Translations under genes and position numbers: made by a program | Notes under the pieces: generated by a model | Told to the model about the DNA's origin: nothing | The model's input: only the letters and a program-made list of their open reading frames with translations | Database searches by the model: none | Source: Candidatus Desantisbacteria bacterium CG2_30_40_21 | Lineage (GTDB): Bacteria; UBA9089; CG2-30-40-21 | Assembly: GCA_001873945.1 (NCBI GenBank) | Contig: MNYI01000174.1 | Coordinates: 1 to 47,684 of the forward strand | Length of the DNA: 47,684 nucleotides | Direction of reading: 5' to 3' | Part shown: in pieces, positions 15,050-23,846 of the stretch | Layout of the letters: each line of letters starts with the position of its first letter | How positions within the stretch are numbered: the first letter of the stretch is position 1

Positions 15050-16792
15050 ATGAAAAAAACTCACAATTGTGGAGAATTAGGGCTACAAAATATCGGAGAA
15101 GAGGTTATTCTGGTTGGTTGGGTTAATCGCCGAAGGGATCATGGGAAATTAATTTTTATTGATCTAAGAGATAGGGCAGGTATCTCACAGATAGTATTTT
15201 CGCCAGAGGCAGATGATATTGCTCATGCTAAGGCACATGAACTCAGGAGTGAATTCGTTTTAGAGGTCAAGGGACAGGTTTGTGCAAGGCCACATGGTAC
15301 CATAAACCCTGATTTAACCACCGGAGAAATAGAGATACTGGTACATGAATTAACCATTATTAATTCCTCAAAAACGCCACCGTTTTCCATTAGTGATGAG
15401 CTGAATGTCGCCGAAGATGTCAGACTTAAGTACCGTTATCTTGATCTGAGAAGGCCACAGATGCAGAAAAATATATTCTTAAGGCATAAGGTCTACCAGA
15501 TTACAAGACGATTTTTGGATGAAAATGGCTATATTGAGGTGGAAACACCCATGCTTATCAAGAGTACGCCAGAGGGGGCAAGAGACTTTCTGGTGCCAAG
15601 CAGGCTTAGTCCGGGAGAATTTTATGCACTTCCACAATCCCCGCAACTTTTCAAACAAATATTGATGGTAGCCGGGTTTGAAAAATATTTTCAGATTGTT
15701 AAGTGTTTCAGGGATGAAGATTTGCGAGCAGATAGGCAGCCAGAGTTTACACAGGTTGATATTGAGGCTTCCTTTGTAGAGATAGATGATATTTGTAAAT
15801 TAATTGAAGGCTTGCTTTCTTCTGTATTCAAAGAGGGTTTGGGGATAGAGGTCAAAACACCATTCCCAATAATAGATTTTGATGAGGCAATGGCAAGATA
15901 TGGCTCTGATGCACCTGATACACGATTTGGTATGGAATTAACAGATATTACTGATCTGGTTAAGGATGAAGCATGTCAGGTGTTTAATCGGGCAATTGCT
16001 CAGGCAGGTCAGGTAAAGGGCATCTGTGTGCCGGATATGGCCTCCATTAGTCGACGGGATATTGATGAATTAACGAATTTTGTCAATACCTATGGGGCAA
16101 AGGGACTGGCTTATTTTAAGGGCAAGGAGTCACCCATTGCCAAGTTTTTATCTGACGAGGCAAGGGATAAAATCTTAGAGCGGATGAATGCCAAGGAAAA
16201 TGACTTGTGTTTATTTATAGCAGATACACCAAAGATAGTTGCCATGAGCCTCTGTCAGTTAAGGCTGCATCTGGCTAAAAAATTAAACATAATTCCAGAG
16301 GATACATTCAATTTTATCTGGGTAATGAATGCCCCATTATTTGAATATGATGATGAGGAGAAAAGATTTACAGCCATGCATCACCCCTTTACCTCACCGC
16401 GGGAAACAGATTATCCATTGCTTGACATTGATCCGCTCAAGGTCAAGGCAAATGCCTATGATGTGGTACTTAATGGGGTAGAGATTGGCGGTGGCTCTAT
16501 CAGAATTCACCATCGGAATATACAAGAAAAGGTTTTTAGTCTCTTAAACCTTTCTAAAGAAGAGGCTGAAATGAAGTTTAGTTTCCTTTTGGAGGCATTG
16601 GAATATGGTGCACCACCACATGGCGGGGTTGCACTTGGACTTGATAGGTTATTGAGATTTATGGTTGGGGGTGAGTCTATTCGTGATGTTATTGCTTTTC
16701 CCAAGACACAGTCCGGGATATGCCAGATGACCGGAGCCCCATATAAAGTGGAGGATAAGCAATTAAGAGAATTAAAGATACGAGTAGTTTAG
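15050..16792 (+). CDS. aspS: aspartate--tRNA ligase
   Basis: 580 aa bacterial-type AspRS: OB-fold N-terminus, class II motifs (..FRDEDLRADRQPEFTQVD.., ..GGGSIRIH.., ..HGGVALGLDRL..). Confidence 0.95.
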   Translation: MKKTHNCGELGLQNIGEEVILVGWVNRRRDHGKLIFIDLRDRAGISQIVFSPEADDIAHAKAHELRSEFVLEVKGQVCARPHGTINPDLTTGEIEILVHELTIINSSKTPPFSISDELNVAEDVRLKYRYLDLRRPQMQKNIFLRHKVYQITRRFLDENGYIEVETPMLIKSTPEGARDFLVPSRLSPGEFYALPQSPQLFKQILMVAGFEKYFQIVKCFRDEDLRADRQPEFTQVDIEASFVEIDDICKLIEGLLSSVFKEGLGIEVKTPFPIIDFDEAMARYGSDAPDTRFGMELTDITDLVKDEACQVFNRAIAQAGQVKGICVPDMASISRRDIDELTNFVNTYGAKGLAYFKGKESPIAKFLSDEARDKILERMNAKENDLCLFIADTPKIVAMSLCQLRLHLAKKLNIIPEDTFNFIWVMNAPLFEYDDEEKRFTAMHHPFTSPRETDYPLLDIDPLKVKANAYDVVLNGVEIGGGSIRIHHRNIQEKVFSLLNLSKEEAEMKFSFLLEALEYGAPPHGGVALGLDRLLRFMVGGESIRDVIAFPKTQSGICQMTGAPYKVEDKQLRELKIRVV

Positions 16793-16805
16793 GAGGAATA
16801 AAATT

Positions 16806-17072
16806 ATGTGGGTAGAAAAGGCACAATTGCCGGTAATTGTTTTTACAAATATTCATCGCATTGAAGGGAACATGTATACCTATAAGGATGCCAGAATCAT
16901 CGATGAATTAAACGCAGGGGCAAAGGATTTTATTGCTATCACAGATGTTAAAATATATCCGATTGAGAGTGATAGTATGTTGTATAAGACGGATTTTATG
17001 GCTTTGAATAAGAATCATATCAGCCATTTATTACCTCAAGAGGATTTTGTAAAGGAAGAGGAATTGTTCTGA
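16806..17072 (+). CDS. hypothetical small protein co-transcribed with aspS
   Basis: 88 aa, with GGAGGA RBS 13 nt after the aspS stop. No family recognised. Confidence 0.5.
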   Translation: MWVEKAQLPVIVFTNIHRIEGNMYTYKDARIIDELNAGAKDFIAITDVKIYPIESDSMLYKTDFMALNKNHISHLLPQEDFVKEEELF

Positions 17073-17092
17073 GTAATGCGAAAGTGGGAATG

Positions 17093-17143
17093 CAGAATGC
17101 GGAAGTAAAAAGGGTTGCTTATATTTCTGCCTTCCGCATTCTG
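17093..17143 (+). terminator. 13-bp stem hairpin downstream of aspS operon (possible terminator or palindromic repeat)
   Basis: CAGAATGCGGAAG (17093-17105) / CTTCCGCATTCTG (17131-17143), loop 25 nt, no clear T-tract. Confidence 0.35.
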
Positions 17144-17174
17144 AATTATAATCTAAAAGCAAGAGGTATGCAAA

Positions 17175-17378
17175 ATGCTTACTACTGAAATTAAAGAGAT
17201 GCCAGTTAATAAGAGAATAATATTGATGGAAAAGATATGGGACAGTCTCTGTCATAAAAGAAAAGAAATTGAATCTCCAACATGGCATAAAGAAATACTT
17301 GATGAAAGAGTCAATTTGATTAATTCAGGGAAAGCAAATTTTATATCCATTCAAGGGTTAAAGGCTGCCAACTCATGA
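17175..17378 (+). CDS. addiction-module antitoxin component (Unstab_antitox-type), orphan
   Basis: MPVNKRIILMEKIWDSL......WHKEILDERV.. matches the putative addiction module component family. The stop overlaps an ATG (ATGA), but the following ORF is only 13 codons. Confidence 0.7.
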   Translation: MLTTEIKEMPVNKRIILMEKIWDSLCHKRKEIESPTWHKEILDERVNLINSGKANFISIQGLKAANS

Positions 17379-17397
17379 AAGTTCAGGATATTATAGT

Positions 17398-17525
17398 TAT
17401 ATATGCAAACCAATAAATTTGTGGACATATAGAACGCCAACACGGTTGGCTTGCTCCATATTTGGACTAAGGCATCCGTGATGCCGTTTATATATGGAAT
17501 CCAATAACATATTGGTGTGCATATA
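17398..17525. repeat. two related ~35-bp AT-rich repeats flanking a GC hairpin (GGCATCcgtGATGCC)
   Basis: TATATATGCAAACCAATAAATTTGTGGACATATA (17398-) and TATATATGGAATCCAATAACATATTGGTGTGCATATA (-17525). Confidence 0.4.
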
Positions 17526-17549
17526 AGTCAAGTAAAAGAGAATTTGATT

Positions 17550-17777
17550 AGCAATTCTCATTATGAAAAAGTATAAGAAAGAGAGATATGGAGATAGGAA
17601 AGATATGGGGATATTTTTTAATTTAATGTATGGATTTATGACAGATGACAGGCAAGAATGCCTGAGATGACAGGCAAGAATGCCTGTCCTACTAACTATT
17701 CTGTTGATAATCAATACATCTTCTCTATCTCCTTATCCCCTTTTTTACACAAGTTTTTCCATAATTAGAATTGCTGG
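17550..17777. mobile_element. composite MITE-like element, family C termini (AGCAATTCTCATTATG / CATAATTAGAATTGCT) carrying family H hairpins
   Basis: Contains tandem GACAGGCAAGAATGCCTG(TC) hairpins at 17647-17692. The right ~100 bp is collinear with 42389-42505. The same termini occur at 18528-18661. Confidence 0.65.
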
Positions 17778-17794
17778 TTTTGACCAAATATTAC

Positions 17795-17823
17795 TTGCAA
17801 CATTGTAGGTTGCATGATATAAT
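17795..17823 (+). promoter_or_regulatory. sigma70-type promoter with overlapping palindrome, upstream of higBA
   Basis: TTGCAA (17795-17800), 17-nt spacer, TATAAT (17818-17823). The spacer holds the inverted repeat TGCAAC attgtag GTTGCA. Confidence 0.5.
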
Positions 17824-17848
17824 ATATTAAAGAGGTAATACTTGTTGG

Positions 17849-18127
17849 ATGATTAAATCTTTCAAACATAAAGGATTAGAAAAATTTTTCTATAATAATG
17901 ACCGAAGTGGAATAAATGTACAGTACGCTTCTAAGATTGGTCGTATTATGGACCGTTTAGATGCATCTGTAAGTCCTCAGGATATGAATTTGCCTGGTTA
18001 TAGACTCCATGAGCTTAAAGGAGAGAAAAAAGGAATATGGTCAGTTTGGGTTAGTGGCAATTGGCGAGTTACTTTTCGGTTTGATAGAGAGAATGTAATA
18101 GTTGTGGATTATCTGGATTATCACTAA
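17849..18127 (+). CDS. higB: HigB-type RelE/ParE-superfamily toxin (plasmid maintenance system killer)
   Basis: 92 aa: MIKSFKHKGLEKFF...L......L..PGYRLHELKGEKKGIWSVWVSGNWRVTFRF, typical of HigB. Confidence 0.85.
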   Translation: MIKSFKHKGLEKFFYNNDRSGINVQYASKIGRIMDRLDASVSPQDMNLPGYRLHELKGEKKGIWSVWVSGNWRVTFRFDRENVIVVDYLDYH

Positions 18128-18147
18128 ATATAAAAGGAGTGTTTAAG

Positions 18148-18441
18148 ATGATTGGACATAGAAAACCAACTCATCCTGGGGAGGTTTTACGAGAAGATGT
18201 TATAATACCTCTGGGACTAACTGTAACAGAAGCAGCTAAAATGTTAGGGGTAGCTCGAAATACATTGTCATCATTACTGAACTGTAATGTCTCTTTAAGC
18301 CCTGAAATGGCAGTTCGGATTAGTAAGGCAACAAGGACAACACCTGAAAGCTGGTTATACATGCAAGTAAAATTAGATTTGTGGAATGCTGAACAAAGAT
18401 CTGCCAAAGTTCAAGAATTTGAAATGGCAATTGCAGTATAA
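18148..18441 (+). CDS. higA: HigA-family antitoxin (XRE-type HTH)
   Basis: HPGEVLREDVIIPLGLTVTEAAKMLGVARNTLSSLLN. ATG at 18148 lies 8 nt after AAGGAG. Toxin-first order as in higBA. Confidence 0.85.
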   Translation: MIGHRKPTHPGEVLREDVIIPLGLTVTEAAKMLGVARNTLSSLLNCNVSLSPEMAVRISKATRTTPESWLYMQVKLDLWNAEQRSAKVQEFEMAIAV

Positions 18442-18527
18442 TGGCTATGGAAGAAAAGAGTCAGATCTACACATTTTACAAAACAAGGAACGCTAACAAG
18501 AAAAATGCACTGGATGGGCAGTAGCTT

Positions 18528-18661
18528 GCAGCAATTCTCATTTTGGCATTAATGGAGTAGCCCAAGATTCTATCTTGGCTTATCCATCCCCATTTTATAA
18601 AGCCAACATAGAATGTTGGGCTACGCTTGTTGCTCGTCGAGTTTCATAATTAGAATTGCTG
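18528..18661. mobile_element. MITE-like element, family C
   Basis: Termini GCAGCAATTCTCATTTT / CATAATTAGAATTGCTG. Inner arms GTAGCCCAAGATTCTATCTTGGC / GCCAACATAGAATGTTGGGCTAC. Confidence 0.7.
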
Positions 18662-18758
18662 AGTAGCCTGCCAATGATTTTGGCGTTAGGCAGAGAAGAA
18701 ACAAGATCGGGAACAAACGAAAATCAAAGAACGGATGAAAAACTGAAGGAGTGCGAAA

Positions 18759-20426
18759 ATGGAACAGAAAATTGAAATTATTAACAATTGGAATCTGAAA
18801 AAGGTCTTTAATGAAATGGAAAACGGTAATATTAAAATACCGAGATTTCAAAGAGGCTATGTATGGGAACGGTCTAAAATAGTCAAATTGCTGAATAGTA
18901 TTTACTCACAATATCCCATTGGGTCGTTTTTTATTTGGGTTGCAAGCCTCAATTATAAGAATTTTTGCAGAGAGATTACGGAGTTGAATTTGCCAGAACA
19001 ACCAGAATCAAATAACTACAGTTTTATTCTTGACGGGCAACGAAGAATCACATCATTATATGTTGCACTGAAAGGGAAAAAACTAAATGGAACAGATTTT
19101 TCGGCTATTTGTTTTAATCTTGAAAAGAAAGAATTTCAAATCCCACGATTAAAGAACGAAAAGCATAATATCCCCGCATGGAAATTGTTTGATACAACGG
19201 CTTATGGTGATGTTCTTACTGATTATGCAATATCTGACAGAGAAAATGGCACAAATTATTCAACCATATGGCGAGATTGCCAACAAGTATTTACCGACTA
19301 TCCTATAAGTGTAATCAGAACTTTGAAGATGGACTTGGAGCAGGTCGTAACAATATTTGAGAGAATTAACCAAGGTGGCAAGAGATTGTCCCTGTTCGAC
19401 CTTGTTCATGCAAGTGCTTGGTCACCCAATTTTGACCTGAGAGAAAAAATTAAAAAGTTTAATGACGAACCTAATGTAAAATATTTTGGTGGTCTCGAAG
19501 AAGAGGTTTTTATTCAATCCCTTTCCTTAAACGCATTTGATGATTGCAGGAATCAAAACCAATTACATCTAACTGCTGAATCTGCAAGCAATCTTTGGGG
19601 CAAAACAACTGAATGTCTGAGATTGTCGATTGATTTTATTAAGACATTTGGCGTTAGGTTCATAGATTTCATCCCATACAATTCATTCCTGCCAGTCATA
19701 CAGTATTACTTTTTTAAATCTGGTAATAACAGTATTAAAAGTGAGCATGTTAAATATATTGAAGATTGGTTCTGGACAGCGACCTTTTCACAGAGATATT
19801 CAAGTTCAAGTCTTACATTAATGAAAGAAGATGCATCTTGGATTTTTAATCTTTCTGGTGGACAACAAGCGGAAAATATGTTTGGTGTATCTCTTACCTT
19901 GAAGGAACTATTGAAAGTCAGGATGCAGAACAAATCTGTTATAAAAAATGGCGCCCTTTGTTTGATGGCACTTGAAAATCCGCAAGATTTTGATAATGGA
20001 CTACCTGTTACATTGGACAGAACTAATGTTTCAAGGTCAAATAGCAAAGAGAACCATCATTTCTTTCCATTTTCATTACGACAACAATTTAATACAGACA
20101 GCAATGGAATAAATAGTTTATTGAATTTTGTACTAATCTCTGGTAGACTAAACAGGGAAATTTCAAATGATTACCCGTCACAGTATTTGACAGAATATGA
20201 AGCAAAAAACAGCAAAATAAACGAACATCTATTAACACATTTTATTAACCAAGATACCCTAAACGCTGCAAAAGCGAATGACTTTCAATCATTTATTCAA
20301 AAGCGAGGAGAGTTTATTTTAGAGAAAATACGGTCAAAAATTAAAATTGGTGAGTTTTCCGAGCCAGAAGATGAAATAATTGAAGAAAATATCGAATACG
20401 AAGAAGTACAAACAGAAGAAGGATAG
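18759..20426 (+). CDS. GmrSD-like DUF262 + DUF1524 (His-Me finger) protein, probable type IV modification-dependent restriction enzyme
   Basis: N-terminus IPRFQRGYVW..YPIGSF..ILDGQRRITSLY (DUF262 / ParB-like NTPase motif). C-terminus ENHHFFPFS..NSLLNFVLISGRLNREISN (DUF1524-like). Acidic tail. Confidence 0.75.
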   Translation: MEQKIEIINNWNLKKVFNEMENGNIKIPRFQRGYVWERSKIVKLLNSIYSQYPIGSFFIWVASLNYKNFCREITELNLPEQPESNNYSFILDGQRRITSLYVALKGKKLNGTDFSAICFNLEKKEFQIPRLKNEKHNIPAWKLFDTTAYGDVLTDYAISDRENGTNYSTIWRDCQQVFTDYPISVIRTLKMDLEQVVTIFERINQGGKRLSLFDLVHASAWSPNFDLREKIKKFNDEPNVKYFGGLEEEVFIQSLSLNAFDDCRNQNQLHLTAESASNLWGKTTECLRLSIDFIKTFGVRFIDFIPYNSFLPVIQYYFFKSGNNSIKSEHVKYIEDWFWTATFSQRYSSSSLTLMKEDASWIFNLSGGQQAENMFGVSLTLKELLKVRMQNKSVIKNGALCLMALENPQDFDNGLPVTLDRTNVSRSNSKENHHFFPFSLRQQFNTDSNGINSLLNFVLISGRLNREISNDYPSQYLTEYEAKNSKINEHLLTHFINQDTLNAAKANDFQSFIQKRGEFILEKIRSKIKIGEFSEPEDEIIEENIEYEEVQTEEG

Positions 20427-20604
20427 GAAGTTTAGGAAGTGGTATCGGAGTCAGAGTTTGAATTGAGAAATTAGTTGATTAAGGTTTAGGAAGGGAGGAA
20501 AAGAAAAAAGACAGAGAAGAAAGCCTAATAAGAAAAATGAACAAGACGGAACTGATTTTTTTGCAACAAGTCTAATAAATGCAAATATTCTTGGAGGACA
20601 AAGC

Positions 20605-21000
20605 ATGAATGTTGTAGTAGATGCTTCTGTTATTATTGCCGTTATCGCCAATGAACCAGAAAAAGATATTTTAGTTAAGTTGACAAAAGGTGTTGACCTT
20701 ATTGCCCCACATTCGGTTCATTGGGAGATTGGTAATGCTTTTTCGGCTATGCTCAAGCGAAAAAGGATAGTATTAAACCAATCGCTAAAAGCCCTTGAGG
20801 TATATATAAATATCTCAATCAGATTTTTGGATGTTGAATTGGAAGAGTCACTAAAGATAGCTGATAGATTTGGCATCTATGCTTATGATGCCTACCTCAT
20901 AAGGTGTGCGTTGAAGTATAAGTCTCCGTTAATTTCTCTGGATCAAAATTTAGTAAGTTTTGCCAAACAGATGAATATTAGAGTTATGGAGGTGACCTGA
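20605..21000 (+). CDS. vapC: PIN-domain toxin (VapC family)
   Basis: 131 aa with the acidic quartet in PIN positions (VVDAS, HWEIGN, YAYDAYL, SLDQNL). Confidence 0.8.
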   Translation: MNVVVDASVIIAVIANEPEKDILVKLTKGVDLIAPHSVHWEIGNAFSAMLKRKRIVLNQSLKALEVYINISIRFLDVELEESLKIADRFGIYAYDAYLIRCALKYKSPLISLDQNLVSFAKQMNIRVMEVT

Positions 21001-21233
21001 TGGCTATATATACATACTCAAACGCCAATCAAAACATTGACTTGTTGTTGGAAGAGGTTGTTAAAGAAGGGGAAGCCAGAATAAAATCCAAAGACGGACA
21101 AATTTTTGTCATTAGACCAGGACAAAAAATAGATTCTCCCTTAAATATTGAAGGTATAAACCTTGGTATTTCTACCAATGAGATCATACAGTCTATCCAC
21201 GAAAGTAGGGGAAGAGAGCTATGCTATGGTTAA
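21000..21233 (+). CDS. Phd/YefM-like antitoxin encoded downstream of the PIN toxin
   Basis: 77 aa: IYTYSNANQNIDLLLEEVVKEGEARIKSKDGQIFVIRP resembles the Phd/YefM N-terminal fold. Start overlaps the vapC stop (TGATG). Confidence 0.55.
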   Translation: MAIYTYSNANQNIDLLLEEVVKEGEARIKSKDGQIFVIRPGQKIDSPLNIEGINLGISTNEIIQSIHESRGRELCYG

Positions 21234-21350
21234 ACCTTGAAGGTTGAATCCACAATTATACGGGTTTCACAGGTGGTGAGGGAACATAGACTTCGTTCAC
21301 CGCTTATTTTTATTAATCCGCGTTTATTCGCGTTAAAAAAAGGAGGTTGT

Positions 21351-22691
21351 ATGATAAAAAAGGGTGTTGTTGCAGCGGTATTTTGTTGTGTAGCCGCAAG
21401 CTCTGCCATGGCTGGCGGCTATGAGGGTCCCGGGATTGGGGCAAGAGGTGTGGGTATGGGTGGTGCATTTATTGGGCTGGCTGATGAATGGACTGCCATC
21501 TACTGGAATCCGGCTGGACTTACTCAACTACAGGGTAAGGGTGTGGGCGTAGATGTGTCACGGCTTTGTATTAAAGGGAGTGATGGCAATGGGGTGGCTA
21601 ATTCGAAGATGGTGTTTGGACAAAGCGGTGTTGTTTATAACGGCATGAACACAGATCAGGAGGATATATTTTATCGACCGTATGCTGGTACAGTGGGATT
21701 GACCAGTGAACCCGGGACATTTTCATCATCAGGGGTAGATGTTACCTCTAATGTCTGGCTGCCTGCCATTGGTGGATATGCTCAGGTAGGCAATTATCAT
21801 CTCGGTTATGGGGCATATGCACCGGCCGGGTATAAAACAGATTGGCAGGATACAACATCTGGGGTAACAGCCAGCTACAATATTAAGATGGCAACAAAGG
21901 TGTACAATATTTCTGTGGCAAGAGACCTTACGACAGGGATTGCTGCTGGAATTGGGTTGAATATGATTGGTGGCGAGATAGAAAAACATGCCCGCAAGGA
22001 TGTGCCAGGCGCTAACAGCTATACCTATGAGATGGATGGCACCTGTGATGGAAGTGATTGGGAATGGCAGGCAGGCATGATGTTTAAGCCATCAAGTGTC
22101 TGTCAGATTGGCATGGTCTATCGTAGTGGCTCAGAGGTAGCATTAAAGGGCGAGGCAAGGGCAAGATACCCTGTACCAACAGGAACTACTACTCCACCCT
22201 TGATGGTGGTAGTGGAAAAATCTGATTTTACCCGCAAATACAATCATCCTGCTACCTATGGGCTTGGTATTGCCTTTTATGCTGCCCCAAACCTGACCAT
22301 TACCTCTGACTTCACCAGAACCATGTGGAGCAGCACGAAGAAGGATGTGGACTATTCATCAAATGGCAATATGTTAAAAGATGAGAACAAATCCCTTGAT
22401 TGGACAGATGTCACCAGATTTCGGACAGGCATGGAATATAAGCCAAACCCAACATGGGCATTTCGTGTAGGTATGTTGACCGACCCATCACCTGTGCCAG
22501 ATAAGGCGGTGAGTCTGACTAATATTATTGATGTGGAGAGAACATTCTACACCATGGGTACCAGTTTTACAAAGGCTAACTGGGGTTGTGATTTCTTGTA
22601 TCTTCATGGTGATGGAGAACGGATGGCTAATAATGTCAAGTATACCAAGACAACCAATGAGTATAGGTTGGCAGGACAGTATTGGTTTTAA
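21351..22691 (+). CDS. outer-membrane transport protein, OMPP1/FadL/TodX family
   Basis: ATG 21351 after AGGAGG. Signal peptide ..AASSAMA, then GIGARGVGMGGAFIGLADEWTAIYWNPAGL. Ends in aromatic ..GQYWF. Confidence 0.8.
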   Translation: MIKKGVVAAVFCCVAASSAMAGGYEGPGIGARGVGMGGAFIGLADEWTAIYWNPAGLTQLQGKGVGVDVSRLCIKGSDGNGVANSKMVFGQSGVVYNGMNTDQEDIFYRPYAGTVGLTSEPGTFSSSGVDVTSNVWLPAIGGYAQVGNYHLGYGAYAPAGYKTDWQDTTSGVTASYNIKMATKVYNISVARDLTTGIAAGIGLNMIGGEIEKHARKDVPGANSYTYEMDGTCDGSDWEWQAGMMFKPSSVCQIGMVYRSGSEVALKGEARARYPVPTGTTTPPLMVVVEKSDFTRKYNHPATYGLGIAFYAAPNLTITSDFTRTMWSSTKKDVDYSSNGNMLKDENKSLDWTDVTRFRTGMEYKPNPTWAFRVGMLTDPSPVPDKAVSLTNIIDVERTFYTMGTSFTKANWGCDFLYLHGDGERMANNVKYTKTTNEYRLAGQYWF

Positions 22692-22833
22692 TGGTCGCAA
22701 TATTTCACCGCAGAGGCACAGTAGTTGTGGCAATAACACATATCATGAATCACAAATTTCCCCAAAACACGGGGGGTTAGAGGGTTGTTCCCTTTGCGGT
22801 AACGATGCGATGAATAATTACAATGAGGTATAT

Positions 22834-23811
22834 ATGCAAGCTCTACTCTTCTGGGATGAATTAGAATTTACCACTGACTACCCAAGGCAGATTCCACAAC
22901 CTGATGAGGCATTGGTTCGAGTAACCATGGCCGGGATATGTAATACAGATTTGGAAATAACCAAGGGATACATGGGATTTAAGGGAATTCTTGGTCATGA
23001 GTTTGTTGGTGTGGTTGATGAGTGTGACGACAGGGAGTTTTGGGGCAGAAGGGTTGTCGGTGAAATAAACTGTGGGTGTGGACAGTGTCCATATTGCCAA
23101 TCTGGTCAATCAAGGCATTGTCCAAACCGAAGCGTGCTTGGTATATTAAAGCATGATGGTGCTTTTGCCGATTATCTTATCCTGCCTATCAGAAATCTTC
23201 ACCTTGTCCCGGATTCATTAAGTAATGAAGAGGCTGTATTTGTTGAACCTCTGGCAGCTGCCCTTCAGATATTGGAACAAGTTGAGATTAAGCCGGAGCA
23301 TAGCGTAGTGGTTATTGGTGATGGCAAACTCGGTCTGTTGGTTTCCATGGTTATGGCTCAAACCAATTGCCATCTTACGGTTATCGGGAAACACCAGCTT
23401 AAATTAAATATATTAACCCAAAAAGGCATCTCCACCATTTTGTCCCATCAAGTGGAGGCAGCACATGGGAGCAAACCTTCTGTTCTGGCAGCAGATATTG
23501 TCATTGAATGCAGCGGTCATCCATCTGGATTTAACCTTAGCCAAAGAATCGTAAAACCCATGGGTAAGATTGTCCTCAAAAGCACCTTTGCCGAAGAGAT
23601 TTTATTTAAGTCCTTGGCAAACATGATTATTAATGAGATAACCCTTATTGGTTCAAGGTGTGGACCATTTGACAAGGCATTGAGCCTGTTAGAAAAAAAG
23701 GTTATCGATGTTACCCCCCTGATTACAGCTATTTATCCCATCAAGAATGGTATTGAGGCGTTTGAGACGGCAAAAATGTCTGAATCATTAAAGGTTTTGA
23801 TTAAGATATAA
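22834..23811 (+). CDS. zinc-dependent medium-chain alcohol dehydrogenase family protein
   Basis: MAGICNTDLEI..GHEFVGVV catalytic Zn ligands. Structural Zn loop CGCGQCPYCQSGQSRHC. Rossmann VVIGDGKLGL. The ORF-track N-terminal extension overlaps fadL and is discarded. Confidence 0.85.
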   Translation: MQALLFWDELEFTTDYPRQIPQPDEALVRVTMAGICNTDLEITKGYMGFKGILGHEFVGVVDECDDREFWGRRVVGEINCGCGQCPYCQSGQSRHCPNRSVLGILKHDGAFADYLILPIRNLHLVPDSLSNEEAVFVEPLAAALQILEQVEIKPEHSVVVIGDGKLGLLVSMVMAQTNCHLTVIGKHQLKLNILTQKGISTILSHQVEAAHGSKPSVLAADIVIECSGHPSGFNLSQRIVKPMGKIVLKSTFAEEILFKSLANMIINEITLIGSRCGPFDKALSLLEKKVIDVTPLITAIYPIKNGIEAFETAKMSESLKVLIKI

Positions 23812-23846
23812 TACAACACTACCTGTGTTCTCAAGGGTGAACAACA

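Noticed and set aside
17397-17714. 105-aa minus-strand ORF
   Set aside because: It is composed almost entirely of palindromic repeat sequence (family C/H elements), with no protein-like features.
22528-22833. N-terminal extension of the alcohol dehydrogenase ORF (and similar extensions 21237-21350, 42468-42551, 11205-11240, 7554-7592)
   Set aside because: The extensions overlap the upstream gene or repeats. In most cases an internal ATG with a good RBS matches the conserved N-terminus of the family; the alcohol dehydrogenase ATG (22834) rests on the N-terminus match alone.
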